Below are positions 19,200 through 29,790 of a stretch of DNA of 64,000 nucleotides, in pieces. The stretch covers positions 1-64,000 of IMG/VR virus record IMGVR_UViG_3300032240_002557, one strand, 5' to 3'. The first letter of the stretch is position 1. Each line of letters begins with the position of its first letter. This stretch comes from a virus. A program made the translations under genes and the position numbers. A model generated the notes under the pieces. It was given only the letters and a program-made list of their open reading frames with translations. It was not told the origin of the DNA and searched no databases.

Positions 19200-21050
19200 T
19201 TATTTGTATGTTGCACTATTTTGAGCTGTCTTTGAAAGCCCTTTACCTGTAACATCTTTTGTTATTGCATCGCTACCACTAACCGCTCCAGTAAATACAT
19301 TTCTAGCTTGATCTGTTCTGTTAATTTTACCAAGATATAATCTACCGTTACCCCTGTTAAAGATGCTTTCAAAGTCTCCTTTATGCCTTTGTCTTGCTGG
19401 TTTCATAGTGTATTTAGCAGTCATTTCTGTTGGAAAATCGTCTGGACCTAATACATCATTGAATTTAATACTTACCCCAGTACAGATCAAATTACCTATC
19501 ATAGCGATTGGATTAAGTGGATTACCAACAACAACGTGCCATTCCCCGGTAGGATACCCAGATAACATAACAGGTTCGTAATAAAGATCCTGAAGAAGTC
19601 CAGATGTCATAGCTGCGCTTATTGTTTTATATAGCTTACCATCTTTGTTTATAGGAACACCTTTTGCTAATCCTGATAACTCATCCTTCGTTTTCTGAAC
19701 ATCACCTTTTAAACTTTCTATTTTAGCTTTCATTTCTTCGCTAAATTTTATTTTTAAAAGATCATTGATAAATCCAACTGGATCTAAAATACTTTTTACG
19801 TATTGATCAGCTCCTCCCGGAAATCCTAAGCCTTGCTTTTGACTGCCAACTATTAATTGGGGTGAAAGAAAAGTACCATAGTCTGTTCCAATGCTTAGAA
19901 GATTTGCAAATAAATCTATAAAAAGCATTCTACTATTAACCATACCAACACTAGTTAGACTGTATTTAAAAGTCAAGCTAAATTCAGCACTACCTCCACT
20001 AAACCCTTGGTTTCTTACCTGCATTTCGCTAACAGTATTCACATCAACAAAAAGTCTATTGCTTAACGGACCACCTGCTGCAGTCATCTTGTCAAAAAGA
20101 TTCCTATTAAGTCTAAGTCTAACATTATCAGGATCTGTGTATATTCCAGCCAGATTGCTTATACCTGTTAAATCCTTACTTAATTCCGGCCCAATCATTA
20201 CTTCTAAAAACTTAGCATAGTTTGTTCCCATAATACCCGGATCGTTTCCTTTGGCTTCTAATTTCTTATCTTGCTGAACAGATCTCCAGTTAAGTCCGTT
20301 AGTCACACCAAGTATTGATGTTAAATCATTATCAGTTCCAGTTCCAAAGTATGTAACAGCTTGAGCAACGGGTAATGCTGCACCGTCCTGTATCATTTGC
20401 TGTCTAGTTATAGGGCTTGCTAAATCTTTTTCAAATGGTTGTAAATTACCCCCGGAGCTCTTAACTTCTATTCTTGGTCCTCTGGTAGGAACCCTCAAGT
20501 TATCCATCACTGGCGTTGGAAATCTTCTAAGAGTGATCATTCTATTATTCGGTATAACCCCATAGTCTTTACAGAATATAAAATCTTTAACGTTATATGG
20601 CTGTGAGACGTAAGTACTATCAGGCTTTAAATATGCACCAGATTCTGTTGTTTCTTTTATGATAGAATGAGCGGTTGGATTTCTAGCAACATCGGGGGTT
20701 ACTATTTGATTATGCTCGTATTTTTCAGATAAATGATAAGTGAATTTCTCCTTTCCATCAAGAGATTTAGTGCTGTCACTTATGACATAATAATTAAAAA
20801 GGCCACTTCTTCCATCTTGCGAGTGCTGAGCTTCATAAAATAAAGAACCGGGTAATCTTGAAACAGCGCTGCTATAGTCCTCAAAAACACCATATTCTAG
20901 ATCAGAGCTCATTTTATAAATGTTATGCTCTGCCATGTATGATTTATCAAATTCTACCCCAGCAAACAACTTATCAGTTGTGGTCTGAACAGCAGGGGTG
21001 GTTTGATTCGGTGTTCCGGTTGTACTTACTACGCCTTCTTTTGTAGACAT
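19200..21050 (-). CDS. Putative tail/baseplate structural protein
   Basis: 616 aa, first gene behind a late-type motif in the baseplate operon; C-terminal IGNLICTGVSIKF...FPTEMTAKYTMK resembles tube-initiator-type ends. Confidence 0.5.
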   Translation of the reverse strand: MSTKEGVVSTTGTPNQTTPAVQTTTDKLFAGVEFDKSYMAEHNIYKMSSDLEYGVFEDYSSAVSRLPGSLFYEAQHSQDGRSGLFNYYVISDSTKSLDGKEKFTYHLSEKYEHNQIVTPDVARNPTAHSIIKETTESGAYLKPDSTYVSQPYNVKDFIFCKDYGVIPNNRMITLRRFPTPVMDNLRVPTRGPRIEVKSSGGNLQPFEKDLASPITRQQMIQDGAALPVAQAVTYFGTGTDNDLTSILGVTNGLNWRSVQQDKKLEAKGNDPGIMGTNYAKFLEVMIGPELSKDLTGISNLAGIYTDPDNVRLRLNRNLFDKMTAAGGPLSNRLFVDVNTVSEMQVRNQGFSGGSAEFSLTFKYSLTSVGMVNSRMLFIDLFANLLSIGTDYGTFLSPQLIVGSQKQGLGFPGGADQYVKSILDPVGFINDLLKIKFSEEMKAKIESLKGDVQKTKDELSGLAKGVPINKDGKLYKTISAAMTSGLLQDLYYEPVMLSGYPTGEWHVVVGNPLNPIAMIGNLICTGVSIKFNDVLGPDDFPTEMTAKYTMKPARQRHKGDFESIFNRGNGRLYLGKINRTDQARNVFTGAVSGSDAITKDVTGKGLSKTAQNSATYK

Positions 21051-21068
21051 TGGACTTTAATTATTCAA

Positions 21069-21079
21069 TTATATATTCC
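21069..21079 (-). promoter_or_regulatory. Candidate late promoter GGAATATATAA
   Basis: Upstream of the baseplate operon (21050). Confidence 0.6.
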
Positions 21080-21100
21080 AAACTGTCAAGGGCGGTAAAA

Positions 21101-21442
21101 CTAGATGCTATAGATTTCTATTTGAACAGGTGTAATCTTAAATTCGCTCATCATTTCTTTGAACGATCTGATCGAATTTCTGCTAGGTTCTTTAATTGTA
21201 ATGTAAACCTGGTCTATTTTAGAGGACTTAAATGATTCTATTTTCTTAATAATCATTTGATTTAGGATCCAATACTGGATATCACTAAGCTCCTTACCCT
21301 GCCCAAAATTCTCATTGATTATTTTGGTTACGTCTATATAGGACACTTTTTCGTTATCAGGAAGCGATTTTTTAATCTCTCTATAAGAAAGCGACGTTAA
21401 ATGTATTTTAAGGGAATTTTTTTTAGTCTTGATTTTCTCCAC
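21101..21442 (-). CDS. Hypothetical protein
   Basis: 113-aa ORF tiling the operon. Confidence 0.6.
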   Translation of the reverse strand: MEKIKTKKNSLKIHLTSLSYREIKKSLPDNEKVSYIDVTKIINENFGQGKELSDIQYWILNQMIIKKIESFKSSKIDQVYITIKEPSRNSIRSFKEMMSEFKITPVQIEIYSI

Positions 21443-21755
21443 CTATTGGTTGTATATTTTCTTCTTCAACAGTTACTGCTGTTTCAGTTGATGCCTCCGG
21501 CGTTTCTTCAAGTTTTTCTTCAATTGTTTCTTCTAATGGTTGATTTAAAAAAGCAGGAACAAGTTCTTCTTCAAATTGCCCTGGATTAAGTCTTGCATTT
21601 TCTTGATTCTGTAAATGGTATAAATGAATTTGTTTTCCTAATTCTTGTGCTCTTGCTATTCTCTCTGAATATTCTTTTAGTGATTCTTTTTTCTTAGTTA
21701 GGCCAAATTGTCTGGCAAGAGCTCTTCTTTCTCTTCTGGATGGAAAGTTATTCAT
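21423..21755 (-). CDS. Hypothetical protein (basic N-terminus, acidic C-terminus)
   Basis: 110-aa ORF tiling the operon. Confidence 0.6.
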   Translation of the reverse strand: MNNFPSRRERRALARQFGLTKKKESLKEYSERIARAQELGKQIHLYHLQNQENARLNPGQFEEELVPAFLNQPLEETIEEKLEETPEASTETAVTVEEENIQPIGGENQD

Positions 21756-21771
21756 AAATGGGGGTTTGTTT

Positions 21772-22290
21772 TTAGATTAATTTATTTTGGAATAATTTTA
21801 AAAATAAACAAGAGATTAATGCATCATCGTTGTTTATTGCATCGTTTATTGGGTAAAGTTTAAATTTACTGTCTTTTTCTTCCTCCGATCCATCTCCTAG
21901 TTTACGATCTCTGTCTAATCCTGTCACGTCTACACCGAATGCTGGGTTGCCATTATAGATCAATTTTGAAGTTTGAATGTTTCCTAAAAAATCCCATTTA
22001 TCTGTATCGTTAACTTCATAACCAGATTCTTCAAATAATTCTCTTTTAGCAGTTGCTAGTATATCAACGTCTTTATCTTCAGGGGATCCCGTAATAACTG
22101 TAATAGTCATTTTTTCTTCCTTGGTAGCAGAAGGTTCTGAAATTAAACCTAATTCTTTAGGTGATCCAGAGCTGTCTGTAGTGTAGGGAAGAATAAGAAC
22201 CGAAGGATTTTTTTGTTTGATACCAATCCTGTCCTTAATTTCTATAACCTCTTCGTAATTATTCTGAAAAAGAATCTTGGGATCTGACAT
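21772..22290 (-). CDS. Nudix hydrolase
   Basis: Nudix-box-like GSPEDKDVDILATAKRELFEESGY. Confidence 0.8.
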   Translation of the reverse strand: MSDPKILFQNNYEEVIEIKDRIGIKQKNPSVLILPYTTDSSGSPKELGLISEPSATKEEKMTITVITGSPEDKDVDILATAKRELFEESGYEVNDTDKWDFLGNIQTSKLIYNGNPAFGVDVTGLDRDRKLGDGSEEEKDSKFKLYPINDAINNDDALISCLFLKLFQNKLI

Positions 22291-22876
22291 TTTTTGGTGG
22301 TGTAGTATTTTTTTGCTTTTTATATATATCCTTTATAGATTCCCTCAGGGATTGGCGGACTACCTCTATATCTAGGTCTTTTGTAACATATTCTAGAATG
22401 TCTTTTTCAGCATCATCAAAAGAACTCATTAAAACATCCCATAAGCTTTTAGGTGGTAGGTTTATGCTCAATTTCAAATCAACATCCACCCAATTAACCT
22501 TTTGCTTAGCAAGAAGGGAAAAGATTGGGCTTTCTTCGTTTATTACTGTTTGGATCGGTCTAGTATCTCTTGGCATTACTCCTCTTGATGCTTCTTCTGT
22601 TACAGGGTGTTGTATAGTAGCTTGATTGATGCGATCTTCAAATCCCCTTTCTACCCTAATCATATATTCATCTAAAAGATCTAAGGATATTCTACTCTTA
22701 TCAGTGAATACCATAAATTTTTTATTGCCTTCCTCTATTAGGTCAGCATAGTGCTGAACTAAAGAAAGATTATCTCCTTTGATCCATTGATAGGAAAAGT
22801 TACTATATTCTTCTTTTAGTTCTGATAAATCTTTATCTGTCATGATATGGAATATTTTTTTTAAGCTTTTAAACAT
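22259..22876 (-). CDS. Hypothetical protein
   Basis: 205-aa ORF. Confidence 0.6.
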   Translation of the reverse strand: MFKSLKKIFHIMTDKDLSELKEEYSNFSYQWIKGDNLSLVQHYADLIEEGNKKFMVFTDKSRISLDLLDEYMIRVERGFEDRINQATIQHPVTEEASRGVMPRDTRPIQTVINEESPIFSLLAKQKVNWVDVDLKLSINLPPKSLWDVLMSSFDDAEKDILEYVTKDLDIEVVRQSLRESIKDIYKKQKNTTPPKNVRSQDSFSE

Positions 22877-22939
22877 TCTTTAAATGGAGTTTTGCTTTCA
22901 TGCAATTGATTATAGATCGTGGGAAAATAATTATTTCGA

Positions 22940-22949
22940 GAATATATAA
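22940..22949 (+). promoter_or_regulatory. Candidate late promoter GAATATATAA
   Basis: Upstream of 22956. Confidence 0.55.
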
Positions 22950-22955
22950 AAGAAT

Positions 22956-23519
22956 ATGAAGCTACCTAAAAAATACCTGACAAAAAACCCTAATGTCATG
23001 AAAAGGGAAATTAAAAAACATGGGGATAAAGAGGATAATGATTCTTCTGCATATGGTCCATGGGATGCTGATTATAAATCAAGAAAAGCGGGAAAAGGTA
23101 AACCAGTAGAAACAAAACCAAGCAAATACACATCTAAATACAAGAAGATGTATGGTGAAAGTTTAGAAATACCAGATTTTAAAGGATTTATGGAAGCTAT
23201 AGAAATAGCAGCATGGGAAGTTTACGACGAGCTTAAAGAATCAGAGGATATCAATGAGGGTGTTGATTCCCCATCCAGCCCCGTGAATAAAGCACTTAAG
23301 AATAAATCAGATAAGACCAGATTTCCATTAGGTATACTTAAACAGGTTTGGAAAAGAGGATACGCTGCCTGGAAAAACGGTCATATTCCAGGAACAACCC
23401 CACAGCAATGGGCAATGGCTAGAGTTAATTCATTTGTAACTGGTGGTAAGACGACTAAAATGGGAGATAAAGCTTTATACCAAAGGGGCAAGGCTAATAA
23501 GAAAAAGAAAAAAAAATAA
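22956..23519 (+). CDS. Basic two-domain viral protein (C-terminal DUF5824-like domain), probably nucleic-acid binding
   Basis: ILKQVWKRGYAAWKNGHIPGTTPQQWAMARVNSF; Lys-rich; internal DFKGFME and DINE|G motifs. Confidence 0.6.
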   Translation: MKLPKKYLTKNPNVMKREIKKHGDKEDNDSSAYGPWDADYKSRKAGKGKPVETKPSKYTSKYKKMYGESLEIPDFKGFMEAIEIAAWEVYDELKESEDINEGVDSPSSPVNKALKNKSDKTRFPLGILKQVWKRGYAAWKNGHIPGTTPQQWAMARVNSFVTGGKTTKMGDKALYQRGKANKKKKKK

Positions 23520-23525
23520 TATTAT

Positions 23526-24932
23526 ATGTTAAAATTTATTAAACTATTTGAAGAGTTTTCAAAAATGCAGTTTCCTGAATTCTCTATGCCAAATTCTTAT
23601 GAATTACCTAAAGGGCTTTCTGAAAAAGGCATCTATGTTCTTCAATTAAACGAGGTACCTGATAATGATTGGTATATTCTAGCGGATTATGAAACGATTA
23701 AAAAAATATACAAAGCGTTGAATATTTATTTAATAGCAGAAGAAATAGAAGGGTATTATGATATTTTTTATGGAAACAACACGAGGGAAGAGGTTATTAG
23801 TAGAAAACAAAAGATAGAAAGAAGCTTTGAGATAAGAATAGTAGCAGAAGCATATAAAGACGGAGGTCCTTACTGGGTATATTTTGGAAAGCAAGAGGAC
23901 TGGAGCTTAGCACAATTAAAGGACATAGCAGCAAGCTGCCAGGTTTGCGGAATTGAGCCAAGAAAGGATTCCCTGGTTCCGGGGGATTCAAAGAAGAATG
24001 ATTCAGGAGAACAAAGGTTAATAATTTTTGATCAAAATAGGGAACTGAACTTAACTCCTTTATACTTTGATAGTAAAACCAAGTGGGATCAATTTTACGG
24101 AAAGAAGGATGAAAATAATTTGGACATGGCTTTTTATGTTAAATTTGAAAAACCTTCCCTTTTTATGGATAACGTACACCCCGGGGATACGGCCCAGTAT
24201 GACTACAGATTCCTGGATAAATTTTTGGTTAATCCGTCAGCTCTTATTAATCTTCTGAAAAGAGGATATGAATATCTAGACACTGTGGCGGAGGAGATAA
24301 AAGACCGAAATAATAGAGAGGATTTTATTTCTTCTGTGATGTCAGCACTCGTAGATGTGGGTGTTTCTGCGAACGTACTCAGTTTTATATCTTCCAAATT
24401 ACAGGCAAAAGAAGATTACGAATCGGGTGAATTAGTAAATTATTATAGAATTCCTGTCACAAGCAAGGTAAGACGGATGTTAGACTGGAGCGGTAAGAAT
24501 TTTTCAAAAGAATATGATGCACATCAAGGATCATTCCATTTGGGGGTTATTGATGATCGAAAAATATTAGATTATATTATAAGTAATCTTCCAGAAAAAT
24601 CTAGCGATATAATAGATCTCATTAATTCCAAACCAGACTCATATTTTAATGCCCTTGGAAATTATTATGCTGAAGCTAAGTTAAATGGTGAGGAAACTGT
24701 TTCAGGGCAGAGAATGAAAGAGATCTTGAATTATAATGTATATCTAATAGATTATAAAAATATAGAGAATGCTACATTTAAGAAAGTAGAGAATATGGAC
24801 TTTAGTGATTTTAACGATCAAACAAATTGTATTTTTGAGGTAGGAATATTAGATGATATTTCATACGATTACATTAAGACAATAGATCCACTAGATCTTT
24901 ACATCTCTATATTTTATGGATTTAAAAAATAA
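23526..24932 (+). CDS. Hypothetical protein with capsid-targeting-like leader
   Basis: 468 aa; begins MLKFIKLFEEF. Confidence 0.6.
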   Translation: MLKFIKLFEEFSKMQFPEFSMPNSYELPKGLSEKGIYVLQLNEVPDNDWYILADYETIKKIYKALNIYLIAEEIEGYYDIFYGNNTREEVISRKQKIERSFEIRIVAEAYKDGGPYWVYFGKQEDWSLAQLKDIAASCQVCGIEPRKDSLVPGDSKKNDSGEQRLIIFDQNRELNLTPLYFDSKTKWDQFYGKKDENNLDMAFYVKFEKPSLFMDNVHPGDTAQYDYRFLDKFLVNPSALINLLKRGYEYLDTVAEEIKDRNNREDFISSVMSALVDVGVSANVLSFISSKLQAKEDYESGELVNYYRIPVTSKVRRMLDWSGKNFSKEYDAHQGSFHLGVIDDRKILDYIISNLPEKSSDIIDLINSKPDSYFNALGNYYAEAKLNGEETVSGQRMKEILNYNVYLIDYKNIENATFKKVENMDFSDFNDQTNCIFEVGILDDISYDYIKTIDPLDLYISIFYGFKK

Positions 24933-24940
24933 AAGGAGTA

Positions 24941-25174
24941 ATGGAAAAATACGGATATAAAAACATCAGCACAAGAAGCGAATTTGAACAAGCTTCAGCA
25001 AAAGACGGTAGTCATTCTTTTTCTTATAACTCTGGAGATCATGTAGGTAATTACGGATTTATTAATTGGGGCGATCAGAATCAATGGGGATCACCGGGTC
25101 AATCTAAATATTCGGTTAAGACTGTAGATCAATTACTAAATGCGGGTAAAACTGTTTCAGAAACTTCTAAATAA
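24941..25174 (+). CDS. Small hypothetical protein
   Basis: 77 aa; AGGAG 5' of the ATG; fills the gap up to the convergent gene. Confidence 0.55.
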   Translation: MEKYGYKNISTRSEFEQASAKDGSHSFSYNSGDHVGNYGFINWGDQNQWGSPGQSKYSVKTVDQLLNAGKTVSETSK

Positions 25175-26552
25175 AATCTCTAATTCTTTGATCTAATATT
25201 ACGTCTGCTTCTTCAACGTTTTGCATTCTTCCATGAAAACCAAAACATGTTCCGAGTGTGTGAAATTCATCAATCTTATTTTCAACACCAAAGATTTTAG
25301 CAAGTTCTAATGGAGCTATTTTTAATCCAGATACTAATAATTCTTTTCTGTTATTTACTACTAGGAGATAATCCTCATTCCCACCTGGGTACCACTCAAG
25401 TGTTTTTCCAAATTCAAGAAGTTTTTTACTTCGAAGAGAAATGCCGCCACTACCCACTTCCGCATTAGGGATTCCGAGCGGAGGTTCAGGCCAAGGACAT
25501 CCAATGTAGTCATAATTAAAAAATTCATCTGTCCAAAATTCAGGATTTAAAGGATATCCATCATCTTGGAATGTTAAGCAAAAATCAGTATTAATGTAAT
25601 TAGGAAGGTTATAAATTATGAATTTATTATATTCTTCATAGGATACAGGATCTATTTTTATATGTTTAATTCCTTCTATTCCAGGATCAAAAGGACTTAC
25701 AAATATAATTTCTGCAAATTCAAATCTTTCTTTAAGATATTTAAAGATTTTTTTATATCTATTAGGAATATAATAATCCTTAATTTTTTCTTCAGGTCTA
25801 CCCTCCATACAAAAAGCAGTCACATTAGGAAGTTTTAATTTTTTAATTTCCAGCAATGGATCGTAATTAAGATTATTAATCTTCTCCTTAATGAAAGATT
25901 CTGCTATTTCTAATAATCCATAATTTCTGCCATGAAATCCAAAGCATCTATACAGATTATGAGCTTCGTCAATAGGTTGTTCAACTGCAAATATTCTTGC
26001 AACATCTAACGGAGCTATTTTAATTCCAGCATCTATAGTTTTTTTCCTTCTACTTCTTAGAACAAAGCTGTCCTCGTTTTCACCGTTATGATAAGGCAGG
26101 GTTGAACAGTATTTTAAATATTTTTTACTTCTTAAAGAGAATCCCCCGCCTCCAACCTTTTCTATATTACCGCCTGCAAATAAACTATCAGGCCAAGGTG
26201 TTCCTATGTAATCATAATTAAAGAAACGATCGTCCCATAAATCTGGATTGACTATAAATCCATCATCTTGAAATATTAGGCAGTAATCTGTATCAATGTA
26301 ATTATGTAATTGATATAAACAAAATTTACTATACTCTTTATGAGTCATAGTATTATGAGAAATGAACTTAACCCCCGGTGCTTCAAATTTAAAATTACCA
26401 ATAATCTTAATATCACCAAAATCTATGAATTTTTGCATGAAAGATACTATTAACTTATATCTCTCCCTAGCGCCTAATTGTATATCAAGATGATCATCAG
26501 GTCGTGCGTCTATGCATATTGCGGTAACTCTTCTAAGATCTAGCTTTTTCAT
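25167..26552 (-). CDS. Tandem two-domain glycosyltransferase-like protein (DUF5672-like)
   Basis: Internal duplication: each half has (C)L(I/T)FQDDG...W.D.FFNYDYIG.PWP...VG.GG.SLRSKK...NED...FGFHGR. Confidence 0.7.
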   Translation of the reverse strand: MKKLDLRRVTAICIDARPDDHLDIQLGARERYKLIVSFMQKFIDFGDIKIIGNFKFEAPGVKFISHNTMTHKEYSKFCLYQLHNYIDTDYCLIFQDDGFIVNPDLWDDRFFNYDYIGTPWPDSLFAGGNIEKVGGGGFSLRSKKYLKYCSTLPYHNGENEDSFVLRSRRKKTIDAGIKIAPLDVARIFAVEQPIDEAHNLYRCFGFHGRNYGLLEIAESFIKEKINNLNYDPLLEIKKLKLPNVTAFCMEGRPEEKIKDYYIPNRYKKIFKYLKERFEFAEIIFVSPFDPGIEGIKHIKIDPVSYEEYNKFIIYNLPNYINTDFCLTFQDDGYPLNPEFWTDEFFNYDYIGCPWPEPPLGIPNAEVGSGGISLRSKKLLEFGKTLEWYPGGNEDYLLVVNNRKELLVSGLKIAPLELAKIFGVENKIDEFHTLGTCFGFHGRMQNVEEADVILDQRIRDFI

Positions 26553-27557
26553 TTACTTAAGAGATTCTGCTATCATCTCATCAAATATATCTGATAGAGA
26601 TAATTTTGGTTCCCAATGTAACACCTCTTTTGCTTTAGAAGCATCACCTTGTAGGAGTTCAACTTCAGCTGGTCTATAATATTTAGGATCTATTCCTATA
26701 ATAATTCTACCTGTAGATTTATCTATACCTATTTCTCTTTCGCCTCCGCCTTTCCAATCAAGATCAATTCCTAGTTTATCACAAACTATATTAACCATCT
26801 CTTTAATAGAATAGGTCTTGCCTGTAGCTAGCACAAAATCTTCTGGAGATTCTAGTTGTAACATCCTCCACATGCCTTCTACGTATTCTTTTGCATGCCC
26901 TATATCTCTTCTAGCTGAAAGATTACCCAATGTTAGTATATCGACCTTTCCTTTCTTGATCTGACAAAGCGAATCAATAATTTTCTTCTCAACAAAATTT
27001 TCACCTCTGCGGGGAGATGTGTGATTGAAAAGAATTCCGTTGCATGCAAATAAATTATAGGATTCTCTATAGTTCTTAACAATCCAATATCCGTATAATT
27101 TAGCAACACCATAAGGGGATCTAGGATAAAATGGGGTTGTTTCTCTCTGAGGTGTTTCCTGAACTTTTCCATAAAGTTCAGAGGTAGAAGCTTGGTATAA
27201 TTTAGAATTTGGAGAATGTGTTCTGATTGCTTCTAAAACATTTAAAGTTCCCATCGCATCTACTTGCCCTGTATAATTAGGAATGTCAAAAGAGATTTTA
27301 ACATGGCTCTGTGCACCTAGATTGTAAATCTCATCAGGTTTTAATTCTGAAATTATATGAGACACGTTTCCCGAATCTGTTAAATCCATATAATGTCTTT
27401 TAAAATTAGGATGTTCCCTGAAATGCTCTATCCTTCCAGAATTAAAAGATGATGATCTTCTGATTGTACCATGCACATCATATCCTTTATCTAGAAGTAA
27501 TTCAGCTAAATAAGATCCATCTTGTCCATTTACCCCTGTTATTAAAGCTCTTTTCAT
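26553..27557 (-). CDS. gmd: GDP-mannose 4,6-dehydratase
   Basis: [42 protein letters not shown]. Confidence 0.97.
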   Translation of the reverse strand: MKRALITGVNGQDGSYLAELLLDKGYDVHGTIRRSSSFNSGRIEHFREHPNFKRHYMDLTDSGNVSHIISELKPDEIYNLGAQSHVKISFDIPNYTGQVDAMGTLNVLEAIRTHSPNSKLYQASTSELYGKVQETPQRETTPFYPRSPYGVAKLYGYWIVKNYRESYNLFACNGILFNHTSPRRGENFVEKKIIDSLCQIKKGKVDILTLGNLSARRDIGHAKEYVEGMWRMLQLESPEDFVLATGKTYSIKEMVNIVCDKLGIDLDWKGGGEREIGIDKSTGRIIIGIDPKYYRPAEVELLQGDASKAKEVLHWEPKLSLSDIFDEMIAESLK

Positions 27558-28489
27558 TTTCTAATTTTATCTTTATTATCCCAATACCATTTTACTGTTT
27601 CAGCTATTCCTGTTTCCAAAGAAAAATTAGGTTTCCATCCCATTGAATTAATCTTGGAATTATCCATTACTTTTCTAGGTGTTCCGTCCAATCCTTCCGT
27701 GTCAAATAGAATTTCTCCTCTATAATCAATCACGTGTGCAATAATACCAGCTAGATCTTTTATTGTCACTTCCGATCCGCTTCCTAAATTAATTAATCCA
27801 TATTCTAATTTATTGTTTTCTAATATATGAATAATACCATCAGCAAGATCATCAATATAAAGAAACTCTCTTAAAGGTTTTCCTGTTCCTAATAATTTAA
27901 GGGTCGGTTCATTATTATCTCTAGCAGTCTCTATTTTTCTAATCATTCCAGGAATAACATGTGATGCTTCAATATCAAAGTTATCTCCAGGTCCATACAG
28001 ATTACAAGGCATAACAGAGAAGTAATTCTTTCCGTATTGTTCTCTAATAGAATCGCACATTTGAATTCCAGCAATTTTTGCTAGAGCATAGGATTTATTA
28101 GTTTTCTCTAAAGGACCAGTTAATAGGTATTCCTCCTTAATCGGTTGTGGGCATTCTCTTGGATAAATGCACGAAGAACCAAGAAACAAAAAATTGCTAA
28201 CATCGCTTTCAAAAGCTGACATGATTACATTATTCTGGATAGTCAGATTTTCATAAAGAAATTCTGTTGGATATTTAGAATTTGCTACAATACCTCCAAC
28301 CCTTGCTGCTGCAAGAATTGCATACTCAACTCTGTTTTCAAAAAACCAATCAAGTACTTTCTCCCTATTAAATAGATCTAATTCTTTCCTAGTAGGTGCA
28401 TAGACATGATATTTTTCCTGATCTATCTTTTTTAAGATATTAGAACCAGCTAATCCAGTTGATCCGAATATTGCAATTTTCTTTTTCAT
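27554..28489 (-). CDS. fcl: GDP-L-fucose synthase
   Basis: [45 protein letters not shown]. Confidence 0.95.
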   Translation of the reverse strand: MKKKIAIFGSTGLAGSNILKKIDQEKYHVYAPTRKELDLFNREKVLDWFFENRVEYAILAAARVGGIVANSKYPTEFLYENLTIQNNVIMSAFESDVSNFLFLGSSCIYPRECPQPIKEEYLLTGPLEKTNKSYALAKIAGIQMCDSIREQYGKNYFSVMPCNLYGPGDNFDIEASHVIPGMIRKIETARDNNEPTLKLLGTGKPLREFLYIDDLADGIIHILENNKLEYGLINLGSGSEVTIKDLAGIIAHVIDYRGEILFDTEGLDGTPRKVMDNSKINSMGWKPNFSLETGIAETVKWYWDNKDKIRK

Positions 28490-28501
28490 CTAATTTATAT
28501 T

Positions 28502-29188
28502 TTAATACTCCATCATTTCTCTGCCGCTTTTTGGCCAGCCTTCACCGTGATGAACATCCTTTAAATCCATTGGTAAGAATTTATCAGCAAGATCTTTGCG
28601 GCAATAGAATAAGTTTAATCCGCCAGTATTTGCTACAAGAATGTAACCTTTTTCATCGGCAAGCTTGTTAAAAGCACCAGCAGTTGCGCCGTAGTAATCA
28701 TCATAATTAAATCTATGATTTGGATCATAAGCTATAGTTAAGCTTTGTTCTGGACTATAATGTGGATTATATTCGGCAATAACAAATTTTGGATTGTAAT
28801 TTTTTAAGGATTTCCAGATCCATAAATCATTACCATCAACATCTATAGAAAGAACGTCGAAATCTTTAGGTATTTCTGTTTGTGATAAAAGATCGTCTAA
28901 CGATTCTCCTGGTTCACAGCTAACATAAGATTGGATAGGGACAACATCAGTCCTATCAATAAAACCATTTTTTAGATTATCAAAAGATTCTTGATCTCCC
29001 TCTATTAAAACACCAGACCATCCTTTATCTCTTAAATTTCTGGTATTAGATATCCAGTAACCATCACCGGCACCAAATTCACAGTACCATCCCCTTTCAA
29101 TTCCTAGCTCTTGAAATGCTTTCTCTATTATTCCATCTTCGCCAGATTGGCTATGGATCTTTTTTGAATATTCGTTTAGATTTATCAT
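28502..29188 (-). CDS. FkbM-like SAM-dependent methyltransferase
   Basis: SQSGEDGII, CEFGAGDG, SNTRNL, FDVLSIDVDGND. Confidence 0.8.
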   Translation of the reverse strand: MINLNEYSKKIHSQSGEDGIIEKAFQELGIERGWYCEFGAGDGYWISNTRNLRDKGWSGVLIEGDQESFDNLKNGFIDRTDVVPIQSYVSCEPGESLDDLLSQTEIPKDFDVLSIDVDGNDLWIWKSLKNYNPKFVIAEYNPHYSPEQSLTIAYDPNHRFNYDDYYGATAGAFNKLADEKGYILVANTGGLNLFYCRKDLADKFLPMDLKDVHHGEGWPKSGREMMEY

Positions 29189-29193
29189 AATTA

Positions 29194-29769
29194 TTATTTT
29201 TTAGGGTATATGAAAATACATCCTCTCATTGCTCCTGTAGCTATGGAATTGTATTCTTTAGTGTATTGATCTTCTCCGTAAATTGATTCTATTCTTTCTT
29301 TGATCCAATCCCAATCATAGGTTATACCTTGATCAGGATACACATCGTATCCAAATTCAGGATGATCCGGAACCATAAAATCGTGAATTGCAAGGATTGG
29401 TTTTTTTCCTGATTTTTTAATTGCATCAAGTTCATCTAATACGGGATTAGTATACCAATGGGCATCAAGAAATATGATTGTTTTATCTTCTTCGATAGAT
29501 TCTAAAACTTCTTCTAAGAATACTGGACTATCTTTTAGATTCATTTTGATATTTGGAATACTTCCAATCTTTTCAAAAGCTATCTCATAATGTTCCGGTT
29601 TTACTTCTACTGTATGGACAGTATCAAAATTATCAGAAAACCATTTAGTGGTAGTGCCGTGATAAGTACCTGTTTCGATAACAGTATTTAAATTAAAATT
29701 TGTTTTTATTTCTAAAAACTTTTCAGACATGTAATCGTCTTGGTTGAAAGCTCCGTTAGCAAAAATCAT
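29194..29769 (-). CDS. Class I SAM-dependent methyltransferase-like protein
   Basis: VIETGTYHGTT, DSPVFL, IFLDAHW, IHDF. Confidence 0.75.
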   Translation of the reverse strand: MIFANGAFNQDDYMSEKFLEIKTNFNLNTVIETGTYHGTTTKWFSDNFDTVHTVEVKPEHYEIAFEKIGSIPNIKMNLKDSPVFLEEVLESIEEDKTIIFLDAHWYTNPVLDELDAIKKSGKKPILAIHDFMVPDHPEFGYDVYPDQGITYDWDWIKERIESIYGEDQYTKEYNSIATGAMRGCIFIYPKK

Positions 29770-29790
29770 TTTATTTTTTTTATATTTAAT

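Noticed and set aside
1-21050. Bacterial contractile injection system or eukaryotic giant virus origin
   Set aside because: T4-type capsid, portal, prohead protease, neck and clamp loader in the same window indicate a tailed phage.
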